A stretch of DNA of 64,000 nt from an uncultured Candidatus Saccharibacteria bacterium (GTDB taxonomy: Bacteria > Patescibacteriota > Minisyncoccia > Portnoybacterales > UBA2143), in the NCBI GenBank assembly GCA_964548405.1, contig CAZJPW010000001.1:4054-68053 (forward strand), read 5' to 3'. Shown here piece by piece: positions 54,094 through 62,995 of the stretch. The notes under the pieces are model-generated. The model was not told where the DNA came from. It made no database searches and was given only the letters and a program-made list of their open reading frames with translations. How positions within the stretch are numbered: the stretch's first letter is position 1; every line of letters starts with the position of its first letter. A program made the position numbers and the translations under genes.

Positions 54094-55368
54094 ATGAATA
54101 AGGATAAAAATTGGAAGCTATTAGAGAAAAATGATAAGCAGATATTTAAGGCGATTGTCGGTGAAGAAAAGCGCCAGGCCAAAGGAATTGAATTAATTCC
54201 TTCTGAAAACTATACCTATCCAGAAGTTTTAGCAGCTAATGGCTCTATTTTAACCAATAAGTATTCTGAAGGCTATCCTAAGAAAAGATATTACGGGGGC
54301 CAGGAATACACAGATATTGTCGAACAATTGGCTATTGATCGAGCTAAAAAGGTTTTTAAATGTGAGCATGCTAATGTTCAGCCTTTGTCCGGTTCTCCTA
54401 TGAACCAGGCAGTTTATTTAGCTTTTCTTAAACCGGGTGATACTGTTTTAGGCATGGATTTGTCGCATGGAGGCCACCTTACTCATGGAGCGCCTGTTTC
54501 CCATATGGGCAAGATTTTTAATTTTATCAGGTACAAGACAGATCCGGAAAATAAAGGTAAGATTGATTTTAAAGAATTGATGCGATTGACTAAAAAGCAT
54601 AAGCCTAAGATTGTTCTTTGCGGATATACTTCTTATCCAAGAGAAAATAATTATGCTGATTTCAAGAAAGTAGCTCGAGCAGTAGGAGCTATAACTATGG
54701 CTGATGTGGCCCATATCGGCGGATTAATTGCCGGTGGGGTTTTAAAAAATCCTTTTGATTATGGATTTGATATTGTTACCACTACAGTCCATAAAAGCTT
54801 AAGAGGACCTAGGGCTGGTTTAATTCTTTGCAAGAAAGAGTATGCTGATCAAATTGATAAGTCAGTTTTTCCAGGTTTACAGGGTGGACCACATATGCAA
54901 ACTATTGCCGCTATTGCCATAACCCTTAAAAAAGCCATGGAGCCAGAATTTAAAAGATATGCCAAGCAGATATTAAAGAATGCAAAAGTGTTATCAGAAA
55001 CATTAATGGATAGCGAAGCTAAAGTTAAATTAATAACCAATGGCACAGATAATCATATGATGGTTATGGATACAGTTAAGAGTTTTAATATCAATGGTAA
55101 GATAGCCGAAGAAACATTAGATAAAATCTCTATTACAGTTAACAAACAAATAATCCCTGATGATATTAATCCACCCTTAAAGCCAAGTGGCATTCGTTTG
55201 GGTACGCCGGCAGCCACTACTAGAGGTATGAAAGAAAAGGAGATTAAGAAGATTGGTTTATGGATGATTGATGCTTTGAATAATTATCAGGATGATAAAT
55301 ATTTGAAGAAATTAAAAAAAGACGTAGAAACTATGTGTTTAAAATTTAAAGTTCCAGGAGTAGTATAA
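54094..55368 (+). CDS. glyA: Serine hydroxymethyltransferase
   Basis: LIPSEN, KYSEGYP, GGHLTHG, TVHKSLRGPR. Confidence 0.97.
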   Translation: MNKDKNWKLLEKNDKQIFKAIVGEEKRQAKGIELIPSENYTYPEVLAANGSILTNKYSEGYPKKRYYGGQEYTDIVEQLAIDRAKKVFKCEHANVQPLSGSPMNQAVYLAFLKPGDTVLGMDLSHGGHLTHGAPVSHMGKIFNFIRYKTDPENKGKIDFKELMRLTKKHKPKIVLCGYTSYPRENNYADFKKVARAVGAITMADVAHIGGLIAGGVLKNPFDYGFDIVTTTVHKSLRGPRAGLILCKKEYADQIDKSVFPGLQGGPHMQTIAAIAITLKKAMEPEFKRYAKQILKNAKVLSETLMDSEAKVKLITNGTDNHMMVMDTVKSFNINGKIAEETLDKISITVNKQIIPDDINPPLKPSGIRLGTPAATTRGMKEKEIKKIGLWMIDALNNYQDDKYLKKLKKDVETMCLKFKVPGVV

Positions 55369-56141
55369 TGAACATTATTGATGGTAAAAAAATAGCAGAT
55401 AAGATTATTAGTGATTTAGAAAGAGAAGTGAAAGACAGAAGTATTAAACCGTGTTTGGGTGTAGTTTTGGTGGGTAATGACACAGCTTCTCATATATATA
55501 TTAAGAAAAAAGAGCAGGCCGCTGAAAAAATCGGCATTAAAGTCAAAAAACATGTTTTATCTGAAGATGTTTCAGAAAAAGAAGTATTAGAAATTGTTAA
55601 TAATTTGAATTCAGATAATGAAGTTAACGGCATTTTAGTTCAGATGCCTCTGCCTAGTTATATTTTTCCTGACAAAGTCACAGGAGCAATTAGTCTAGAA
55701 AAGGACGTCGATGGCTTTTTACCGAAGAGCGGGTTTAGTCCACCTTTTGTTTTGGCTATTGAGCGAGCCCTTGAAGAAACAGGCGATTTAAAAGACAAGA
55801 AAGTAATTGCCCTAGTTAATTCAGACGCCTTTGGTAAAGTCTTAGAATCAAGACTTAATATTAAGTATCGGGTCTGGGTTGTTAATTCTTTAGATGATTT
55901 AACTGAATTTGATGTAATAATCACTGCTTTGGGTCAACCACATATTATTAAAGATTCAATGATTAAACAAAATGTTGTTTTAATAGATGGTGGAATAAGT
56001 AGGAAAGATGGTAAAATATTAGGCGACGTTGATCAAAAAAGTGTTAAAAATAAGGCTAACTGGCTTTCACCGGTACCAGGAGGTTTAGGCCCCATGACCG
56101 TAGCCTTCTTATTAAAAAACGTAGTCTTAGGTGTGAAATAA
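55368..56141 (+). CDS. folD: FolD-like methylene-THF dehydrogenase/cyclohydrolase (short, divergent)
   Basis: IIDGK, ILVQMPLP, KDVDG, GDVD, PVPGGLGPMT. Confidence 0.85.
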   Translation: MNIIDGKKIADKIISDLEREVKDRSIKPCLGVVLVGNDTASHIYIKKKEQAAEKIGIKVKKHVLSEDVSEKEVLEIVNNLNSDNEVNGILVQMPLPSYIFPDKVTGAISLEKDVDGFLPKSGFSPPFVLAIERALEETGDLKDKKVIALVNSDAFGKVLESRLNIKYRVWVVNSLDDLTEFDVIITALGQPHIIKDSMIKQNVVLIDGGISRKDGKILGDVDQKSVKNKANWLSPVPGGLGPMTVAFLLKNVVLGVK

Positions 56142-56142
56142 T

Positions 56143-57600
56143 ATGAAGTATAAAGTGGTTATTGGAATAGAAATTCATAGCGAGTTAAAAACGCAGAGCA
56201 AGATGTTCTGTGATTGTTTGAATGATCCGGAAGTCGAAGAAGCTAATCTTAATGTCTGTCCCATTTGTATGGGTCATCCAGGAAGTCTGCCTGTAATTAA
56301 TCAGAAGGCAGTTGAATTTGTAATTAAAACAGGTCTAGCTTTGAATGGAAGTATTCCTGATGCAGCTAAGTTTGACCGCAAGAATTACTTTTATCCTGAT
56401 TTACCTAAGGGGTATCAAATTTCTCAGTATGATTTACCTTTGGTTAATAAGGGACATCTGGAAATTAATGGTAAGAAAATCAATATTACCCGTATTCATT
56501 TAGAAGAAGATACGGGCAAGTTAGTCCATCCGCCAAAAGTTCAGTATTCTTTAGTTGATTTTAATCGAGCGGGCGTACCTTTGATGGAATTGGTTACTGA
56601 ACCAGATATTACCAATGGACAACAAGCCAGGAAATTCTGTGAAGAGTTACAGCTGATTCTTCGCTATTTAGACGTTTCTGAAGCCAATATGGAAAAAGGT
56701 CAGATGCGCTGCGAAGTGAATATTTCTCTTAAGTCAGATAAGGGAAAGATGGGTACTAAAGTAGAAATTAAAAATCTTAATTCTTTTAGGGTTGTTGAGC
56801 GTTCTATTGATTATGAAATTAAAAGACAGGCTCAATTACTAGATTCGGGCGAAAAAGTCATTCAGGAGACCAGGGGATGGGACGAGAATAAGCAGAGGAC
56901 TTTTTCTCAGAGGGTCAAAGAAGAATCCAAAGATTATCGGTACTTTCCAGAGCCTGATTTACCTCCTTTGAGTAAATTAACTGGGCTTAGCTCTAAATTG
57001 TCTGGCAAAGTGCCAGAATTACCCCAGCCCAAGAGAGTCAGGTTTGAACAGGAGTATAAGGTACCGATGGATGATATTAATACTTTGGTTAATAACAAGG
57101 GACTAGCTGATTATTTCGAACAAGTTATTTCCGAGTTAAATACATGGTTAAAAATCAAATCAATCAGTGATAAACAACCTTTAATTAAATTAACGGCCAA
57201 TTATCTTTTGACCGAATTACAGAAATTATTGTCATCTAATAAGATAAAAGTAAAAGATTGTAAAATTAGTCCGGAGAACTTTGCCGAATTTATTACTTTA
57301 ATTCAACAAAAGGAGATTTCTAGTTCAGCTGCTCAGACTGTGCTTAAGGAAATGTTTGCCACAGGCGCTGATCCGTCTAATATTATTGAAGAAAAAAGCC
57401 TTAAACAGGTAAGCGATCAAGGAGAATTGGATAAAATAGTTAAACAAGTGATCAGAGAAAACTCAAAACCGGTTGAAGATCTTAAATCGGGTAAAGAAAA
57501 TGCCCTCCAGTTTTTGGTAGGCAAGGTCATGACCGCTAGTAAAGGTCAGGCCAATCCAGAAGTTGTCAGAGATATCTTAAATAAGGAAATCTTGGATTAG
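56143..57600 (+). CDS. gatB: Asp/Glu-tRNA amidotransferase subunit B
   Basis: IGIEIH, YFYPDLPKGYQISQ, HLEED, YRYFPEPDL. Confidence 0.98.
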   Translation: MKYKVVIGIEIHSELKTQSKMFCDCLNDPEVEEANLNVCPICMGHPGSLPVINQKAVEFVIKTGLALNGSIPDAAKFDRKNYFYPDLPKGYQISQYDLPLVNKGHLEINGKKINITRIHLEEDTGKLVHPPKVQYSLVDFNRAGVPLMELVTEPDITNGQQARKFCEELQLILRYLDVSEANMEKGQMRCEVNISLKSDKGKMGTKVEIKNLNSFRVVERSIDYEIKRQAQLLDSGEKVIQETRGWDENKQRTFSQRVKEESKDYRYFPEPDLPPLSKLTGLSSKLSGKVPELPQPKRVRFEQEYKVPMDDINTLVNNKGLADYFEQVISELNTWLKIKSISDKQPLIKLTANYLLTELQKLLSSNKIKVKDCKISPENFAEFITLIQQKEISSSAAQTVLKEMFATGADPSNIIEEKSLKQVSDQGELDKIVKQVIRENSKPVEDLKSGKENALQFLVGKVMTASKGQANPEVVRDILNKEILD

Positions 57601-58491
57601 TTTTTCTGCTTTGTTATAATCTTTAATCCATTTAATGTTTTTGTCTCTTTTAAACCAAGACATTTGGCGTTTAAAATACTGTCTAGTATGGATTTTGATT
57701 AATTTTTTGGCCTCTTCCAAAGATATCTTATTATCTAAATAAGAAATTATTTCTTGGTAGCCAATACCACTCATGGAATACGGCTTTAGGCCGTATTTTT
57801 TAATTAAGTTTTTAACTTCTTTAAGTAGTCTTGCCTTAATCATTTGTTCAGCCCGAGAATTAATTCTTTGTTTCAGAACTTCATCATCAGGTTTTAATCC
57901 TATTTGTAGAATATTAAATAATTGTGGCCCTTTTGTTTTTTGTTTTGAGAATTTTTTGCCAGTAGTCAAATAGACTTCCAAAGCTCTAATCATTCTTCTC
58001 TTATTATTAAGATTAATCACTTTTAAGGCATCCGGATCTATTTTTTTAAGCTGATTATACAGTTCTTGGTTAGTTTTGTTTTCTAATTCGTTTCTTAATT
58101 TTTTATCTGGCTTAACTTCAGGAATTTGCAGGTTATCAACTATTGATTGAATGTAAAGCATAGTACCGCCAACTAAAAAGGGAAGCTTATTTCTTTTCTG
58201 AATGTTTTTAATGGCTTTAGTCGCTTTTTGCTTGAATTGGGCCAAGGTGAATTCCTGGTCAGGGTTAATTACATTTAATAAGTAATGAGGAATGCCTTGC
58301 ATTTCTTGTTTAGTTACTTTAGCGGTGCCAATGTTCATTTCTTTATAAATTTGCCTTGAATCAGCTGAAACTATCTCACCTCCAAACTTTTTAGCCAATT
58401 TAATAGCTAAATCAGACTTGCCTGAAGCAGTTGGGCCAAGAATGACTATTAATTTGTTATGTGGATAACTTTTCATTGCTTTATTTTTCAT
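57577..58491 (-). CDS. miaA: tRNA dimethylallyltransferase (start probably 58491 or 58476)
   Basis: GPTASGKS, DSRQIY, IGTAK, VGGT, KRQMSW. Confidence 0.96.
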   Translation of the reverse strand: MKNKAMKSYPHNKLIVILGPTASGKSDLAIKLAKKFGGEIVSADSRQIYKEMNIGTAKVTKQEMQGIPHYLLNVINPDQEFTLAQFKQKATKAIKNIQKRNKLPFLVGGTMLYIQSIVDNLQIPEVKPDKKLRNELENKTNQELYNQLKKIDPDALKVINLNNKRRMIRALEVYLTTGKKFSKQKTKGPQLFNILQIGLKPDDEVLKQRINSRAEQMIKARLLKEVKNLIKKYGLKPYSMSGIGYQEIISYLDNKISLEEAKKLIKIHTRQYFKRQMSWFKRDKNIKWIKDYNKAEKLIQDFLI

Positions 58492-58582
58492 AATTGGTAA
58501 TATATAAATAAGTACCATAGTTCTCTTCATCGTTTTTATCCGACCGTTTCTGTTAACCGATTTAGCGATAAGGAGGTACACC

Positions 58583-58747
58583 ATGAATTGTTTCCGGGTA
58601 GACTTTTTTTGCGGCAGGGTAATCCAAACGGGTCAAAGCGTCGACGGCATCGATATGGTAGCCGGGCATAAGGGAATCCGAGGCGGATTAAAAAAGCAGG
58701 TGGCGGAAAACGATTTCGGTAACGGCGTGGCTTTTCATCGTGACTAA
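58583..58747 (+). CDS. Small hypothetical protein (54 aa)
   Basis: TAAGGAGGT SD then ATG; MNCFRVDFFCGRVIQ..AFHRD; hairpin at about 58814-58837. Confidence 0.4.
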   Translation: MNCFRVDFFCGRVIQTGQSVDGIDMVAGHKGIRGGLKKQVAENDFGNGVAFHRD

Positions 58748-58843
58748 AGGGACAGCTACCTTTTGTGGTGATTAAGTTATAGCCGGTTCAATTTTGCGAC
58801 ACAAATCGCACCAAAGGCATCTCCAACGGGGGTGCCTTCTCAT

Positions 58844-59842
58844 TTATATATATTGTTTTGGGAATAACTTTAAAAGAATTTTTTTTCTTCTCTTTTTTTC
58901 ATCTAAAGGCACGTTGTCTTTGAGTTTGGCAGCTGTTGTGCCGGGTCGAGGCGAATATGATGAGATATAGGCTTGGTTGAATTTGATTTCTTTAACCAGT
59001 TTAATTGTGTTTTGGAACTGTTTGGCTGTTTCTCCTGGGAAGCCGATAATAATGTCTGTTGATAGTTCTAGATCAGGAATTTTTTTCCTGATTTTTTTAA
59101 TTAATTTCTTGTAATAGCCTATTGTATAGTGGCGGTTCATCTTTTTAAGAATCTGGTTGTCGCCTGATTGAAAAGGCAGATGTATTTTTTTTGATATTTT
59201 TTCTCCGTTGGCAATTACTTCAATTAATTCGTCTGACATATCTTTAGGATGGGAAGTCAGAAAATTTATTTTAAACTTTCCTTTAAGATCATTAATCGTT
59301 TTTAAAAGTTTAGGGAAATCATAGTTTTTTGATTTGTATGAATTAACATTTTGACCCAGCAAGGTAATTTCTTTGTAATTGTTTTTAATTAATCTTTTGA
59401 TTTCTTTGATAATTTCTGTGGCGGAGAGAGATTTTTCTCTACCTCTAGTGTAAGGAACGGCGCAATATGAGCAAAAATTATCACAACCTGTCATTATTGG
59501 AACAAAGGCGTGTTTTAAGGACTGGCATTTTGATTTTATCTTAAAGTCGGCAATAGGCCAGATCTGGTTGACTTGATTTTTAAATTGCTGCTTATCTTTT
59601 TCTAAGATACAGCCAGTTAAAGTAATTTTTGTCCTAGGCTGACTTTTTTTAATCTCTTTTATCTTGCTTTTAACTCGGTCAATGGCTGATTGTCGCACGG
59701 AACAGATATTAATCACTATTAAATTTGCCTGTTTAATGCTTTTAGCAATTTTTTGGCCCTTGGTCTCTAATTTAGCTGCGATTCTTTCAGAATCAGACTT
59801 GTTCATTTGGCAGCCATAGGTGATAATGTGGTATTTAGTCAT
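58844..59842 (-). CDS. miaB: tRNA methylthiotransferase MiaB-like (no TRAM domain)
   Basis: TYGCQMN, NICSVR, GCDNFCSYC, IIGFPGET, YSPRPGT. Confidence 0.88.
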   Translation of the reverse strand: MTKYHIITYGCQMNKSDSERIAAKLETKGQKIAKSIKQANLIVINICSVRQSAIDRVKSKIKEIKKSQPRTKITLTGCILEKDKQQFKNQVNQIWPIADFKIKSKCQSLKHAFVPIMTGCDNFCSYCAVPYTRGREKSLSATEIIKEIKRLIKNNYKEITLLGQNVNSYKSKNYDFPKLLKTINDLKGKFKINFLTSHPKDMSDELIEVIANGEKISKKIHLPFQSGDNQILKKMNRHYTIGYYKKLIKKIRKKIPDLELSTDIIIGFPGETAKQFQNTIKLVKEIKFNQAYISSYSPRPGTTAAKLKDNVPLDEKKRRKKILLKLFPKQYI

Positions 59843-59883
59843 TTGTTTTGTATCTTATCTAAAAATATTGTATAATACAAGGT

Positions 59884-60624
59884 ATGGAAAAAGTTTTTCT
59901 ATCAGTTATTATTCCAGGATATAATGAAAGCAAGCGTATCACTAATACGCTTTTGGATATTGATCATTATTTAAGTAAGCAAGAATATACCTATGAAATC
60001 GTGGTGGTTAACGATGGTTCTAAGGATAATACAGTCCAAGTTGTTGAAAAAGTTGGAAATTTAGTAAAGAATCTTAGAATAATTGATAATCAAGTTAACC
60101 ATGGCAAAGGTTGGGTAGTCCGACAAGGTATGCTTGAATCTTTGGGCCAGATTAGGCTTTTTATGGATGCTGATAACGCTACGACCATTAATCATTTTGA
60201 AAAGATGATTCCTTTGTTTGAGCAGGGCCATTCAGTGGTTATTGGTTCGCGTGATAGTAAAGATGCGGCTGGAGCCAGACAGGCTGTGTCTCAGGTTTGG
60301 TATAAGAGAATAGTGGGAAATATGGGGAATCTTTTAATTCAGTTATTGGCTGTACCTGGTATTTGGGATACTCAATGCGGTTTTAAAGCGTTTAAGGCCA
60401 AGGTAGCTCAGGATATTTTTAGCCGCTGTCAGATTGACCGTTGGGGGTTTGATATTGAAGTATTGGCCGTAGCTAAAAAGCTTGATTACAAGATAGGGAT
60501 TATTCCGGTTAATTGGATAAACGATCCTGATAGCAGAGTTAACTGGAAAGGCTATTTGAACACTTTTAGAGAATTGTTTAAAGTAAGATGGAATTTAATT
60601 ATTGGAAAATATGATAAAAAATAG
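59884..60624 (+). CDS. GT2 glycosyltransferase (polyprenyl-phosphate glycosyltransferase-like)
   Basis: VNDGSKD, GKG, MDAD, DTQCGFK, FDIE. Confidence 0.9.
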   Translation: MEKVFLSVIIPGYNESKRITNTLLDIDHYLSKQEYTYEIVVVNDGSKDNTVQVVEKVGNLVKNLRIIDNQVNHGKGWVVRQGMLESLGQIRLFMDADNATTINHFEKMIPLFEQGHSVVIGSRDSKDAAGARQAVSQVWYKRIVGNMGNLLIQLLAVPGIWDTQCGFKAFKAKVAQDIFSRCQIDRWGFDIEVLAVAKKLDYKIGIIPVNWINDPDSRVNWKGYLNTFRELFKVRWNLIIGKYDKK

Positions 60625-61627
60625 AAAAGGGATTCTAAGGAATCCTCCCTCAGAGTTAAGAATGGACTTAGTTTCCAGCGATTGGGTAGTTATTGCTACT
60701 GGTCGGGCTCGCCGGCCCGAAACCTTTGCTAAGCATCAACGGATCAAGGATTCTGTTTCGTCGGACAAGTGTTTTTTTTGTCAGCCTAAGATTCTGGAAA
60801 GGTCAGTTGATAAAGTTAACGGCCAAGACGGTTCTTGGTTTGTCGTATCTTATCCCAATGATTATCCAGCTTTTGCTCCGGGTCAGGATCTTAACAGGCG
60901 CAAAGAGGGGCCTAATCGGGTGATGGACGGAGTGGGTCATCATGAAGTTATTATTACAGCCGATCATCAAAAGCAAATAGCTCTATTTAATACGGCTCAA
61001 GTGAAAATGATAATTGATCTTTATCAAAAGAGATATTTGGAATTAATGAAAAAGAAATTCATTAAGTATATTTCAATTTTTCACAATCATGGCAAGGAAG
61101 CAGGTGCCTCTATATCTCATCCTCATTCTCAATTATTGGCTATTCCAGTAATTGATCCAGATTTAAGAGCCAGCATTGATGGAGCAGAGAACTTTTACAG
61201 AAGCCAGGGTAAATGTGTCTATTGCACCATGATTGAGTGGGAGCTTAAGGATAAGAGGCGTATTGTTTACGAAAATGACAAATTTTTGGTAGTTTGTCCC
61301 TTTGCTGCCCAAGTTTCTTTTGAAGTTAGGGTTTATCCTAAAGATCACCAATCCCATTTTGAAAGTATGACTGAATCAGAAAAAGAATTGTTTGCCGATG
61401 CCATGCAGATTGCTTTGAATAGGATTTACAAGGGTCTTAAGGATCCGGCTTATAATTTCTATTTCCACACCGCCCCTTGCGATGGAGGAAACTATGATCA
61501 ATATCATTGGCATTTGAATATTCTGCCTAAAACCAATGTTTGGGCAGGTTTTGAATTGGGAGCAGGTATAGAAATTAGCACTATTGAGCCGGAAAAGGCG
61601 GCTGAATTTCTAAATAAAACAAAATGA
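60611..61627 (+). CDS. galT: Galactose-1-phosphate uridylyltransferase family
   Basis: RARRP, CFFC, GASISHPHSQ, YHWH, AGFE. Confidence 0.9.
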   Translation: MIKNRKGILRNPPSELRMDLVSSDWVVIATGRARRPETFAKHQRIKDSVSSDKCFFCQPKILERSVDKVNGQDGSWFVVSYPNDYPAFAPGQDLNRRKEGPNRVMDGVGHHEVIITADHQKQIALFNTAQVKMIIDLYQKRYLELMKKKFIKYISIFHNHGKEAGASISHPHSQLLAIPVIDPDLRASIDGAENFYRSQGKCVYCTMIEWELKDKRRIVYENDKFLVVCPFAAQVSFEVRVYPKDHQSHFESMTESEKELFADAMQIALNRIYKGLKDPAYNFYFHTAPCDGGNYDQYHWHLNILPKTNVWAGFELGAGIEISTIEPEKAAEFLNKTK

Positions 61628-62220
61628 TTGAAAGTATTTTTGTCTGGTTAGCCTCTGGGGTGACCGGTATAATTGGCAAGATAGGATATTTTGGAGTAAT
61701 GGGCTTAATGGCTATTGAAAGTTCCTTTATTCCTTTTCCTTCAGAGATTATTGTTCCGCCCGCTGCTTATCTTGCTTCCCAGGGTCAGTTCAATATTTAT
61801 CTTGTAATTATTGCGGGGATAGTTGGGAGTCTGATAGGCGCTTTGATAAACTATTATTTAGCTTTAACTTTGGGCCGTAAAGTAATCTATTCTTTTATCA
61901 ATAATGCCAAACTTGATAAAGCAGAAAAATATTTCCTTAAATACGGCAATGTTTCCACTCTTATCGGTCGTCTGATCCCTTGGGTTAGACAGTTGATTTC
62001 CATTCCAGCAGGTTTTTCTAAGATGAATTTGGCCAGCTTTACTCTCTATACTTCCCTAGGTTCCGGTATTTGGGTAATTATCTTGGCTGTTCTGGGATAT
62101 AGTTTTGGATCTAATCAAGAAATGTTTGAGAAATATTATTCTGAAATTTCCTTGTTTTTCGTAGTTTTAGCCCTAGGCTTTATAACTCTAATTATCATTA
62201 AGAATAAAATAAAAAAATAA
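61624..62220 (+). CDS. DedA family membrane protein
   Basis: ESSFIPFPSE, GRLIPWVRQLISIPAG. Confidence 0.92.
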   Translation: MIESIFVWLASGVTGIIGKIGYFGVMGLMAIESSFIPFPSEIIVPPAAYLASQGQFNIYLVIIAGIVGSLIGALINYYLALTLGRKVIYSFINNAKLDKAEKYFLKYGNVSTLIGRLIPWVRQLISIPAGFSKMNLASFTLYTSLGSGIWVIILAVLGYSFGSNQEMFEKYYSEISLFFVVLALGFITLIIIKNKIKK

Positions 62221-62221
62221 T

Positions 62222-62995
62222 ATGGATAAATTAATTGTTGGCAATTGGAAATGTAATCCGGTTACCTTGAATGAAGCTAAGAGTCTTTTTAGTATGATTC
62301 ATGGTCGGATTAAAAAGAGTGAACATATAGAGGTAGTTATTTGTCCGCCTTTTGTCTATCTTACTTCTTTAATGAATATATCTCAAGATAAAGTGGTCTT
62401 TGGAGCTCAAGATTGTTTTTGGGAGCAAAATGGGGCTTTTACGGGTGAAATATCTCCTTTAGAACTTAAAAATCTGGGTTGTCAATATGTGATTGTCGGT
62501 CATTCAGAAAGAAGAAAATATCTTAAAGAAACTGATCAGATGATTAATAAGGAAATTAAGGCTGTTTTGAAATCAAGGTTGAAGCCGATTCTTTGTCTGG
62601 GTGAGGAGACCAGAGATACTTTTAATTCTGATGGTAAACCCCTTAATGAAATGAGTCTGGTGGTGGCCGAGCAGTTGGAAAAGGATTTAATTGATGTTCC
62701 GGCTGCCCGGATAAGAGAAATATCAATTGCTTATGAACCTATCTGGGCCATTGGTACAGGCAATGCTTGTTCCTCTGATGATGCCATGAAAGCAAGTTTG
62801 TTTATTCGTAAAACTTTGGCTAAGATGTATAACCGCAGCATTGCGGAAAAGGCTAGGATTATCTATGGAGGCAGCGTTAATAGTAAAAATGTTAATCAAT
62901 ACGTTAAAGAAGCTAGAATGGATGGAGTTTTAGTAGGTGGAGCTTCTTTAAATGCCAGTGAATTTGTTAAAATTATAGAACAAGTCAAATCATGA
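62222..62995 (+). CDS. tpiA: Triosephosphate isomerase
   Basis: GNWK, GHSERR, AYEPIWAIGTG, YGGSV, VGGASL. Confidence 0.97.
   Translation: MDKLIVGNWKCNPVTLNEAKSLFSMIHGRIKKSEHIEVVICPPFVYLTSLMNISQDKVVFGAQDCFWEQNGAFTGEISPLELKNLGCQYVIVGHSERRKYLKETDQMINKEIKAVLKSRLKPILCLGEETRDTFNSDGKPLNEMSLVVAEQLEKDLIDVPAARIREISIAYEPIWAIGTGNACSSDDAMKASLFIRKTLAKMYNRSIAEKARIIYGGSVNSKNVNQYVKEARMDGVLVGGASLNASEFVKIIEQVKS

Noticed and set aside
58492-58584. Long N-terminal extension of MiaA in the ORF track
   Set aside because: Family similarity begins near MKSYPHNKLIVILGPT; the upstream part overlaps the leader of the opposite-strand small ORF
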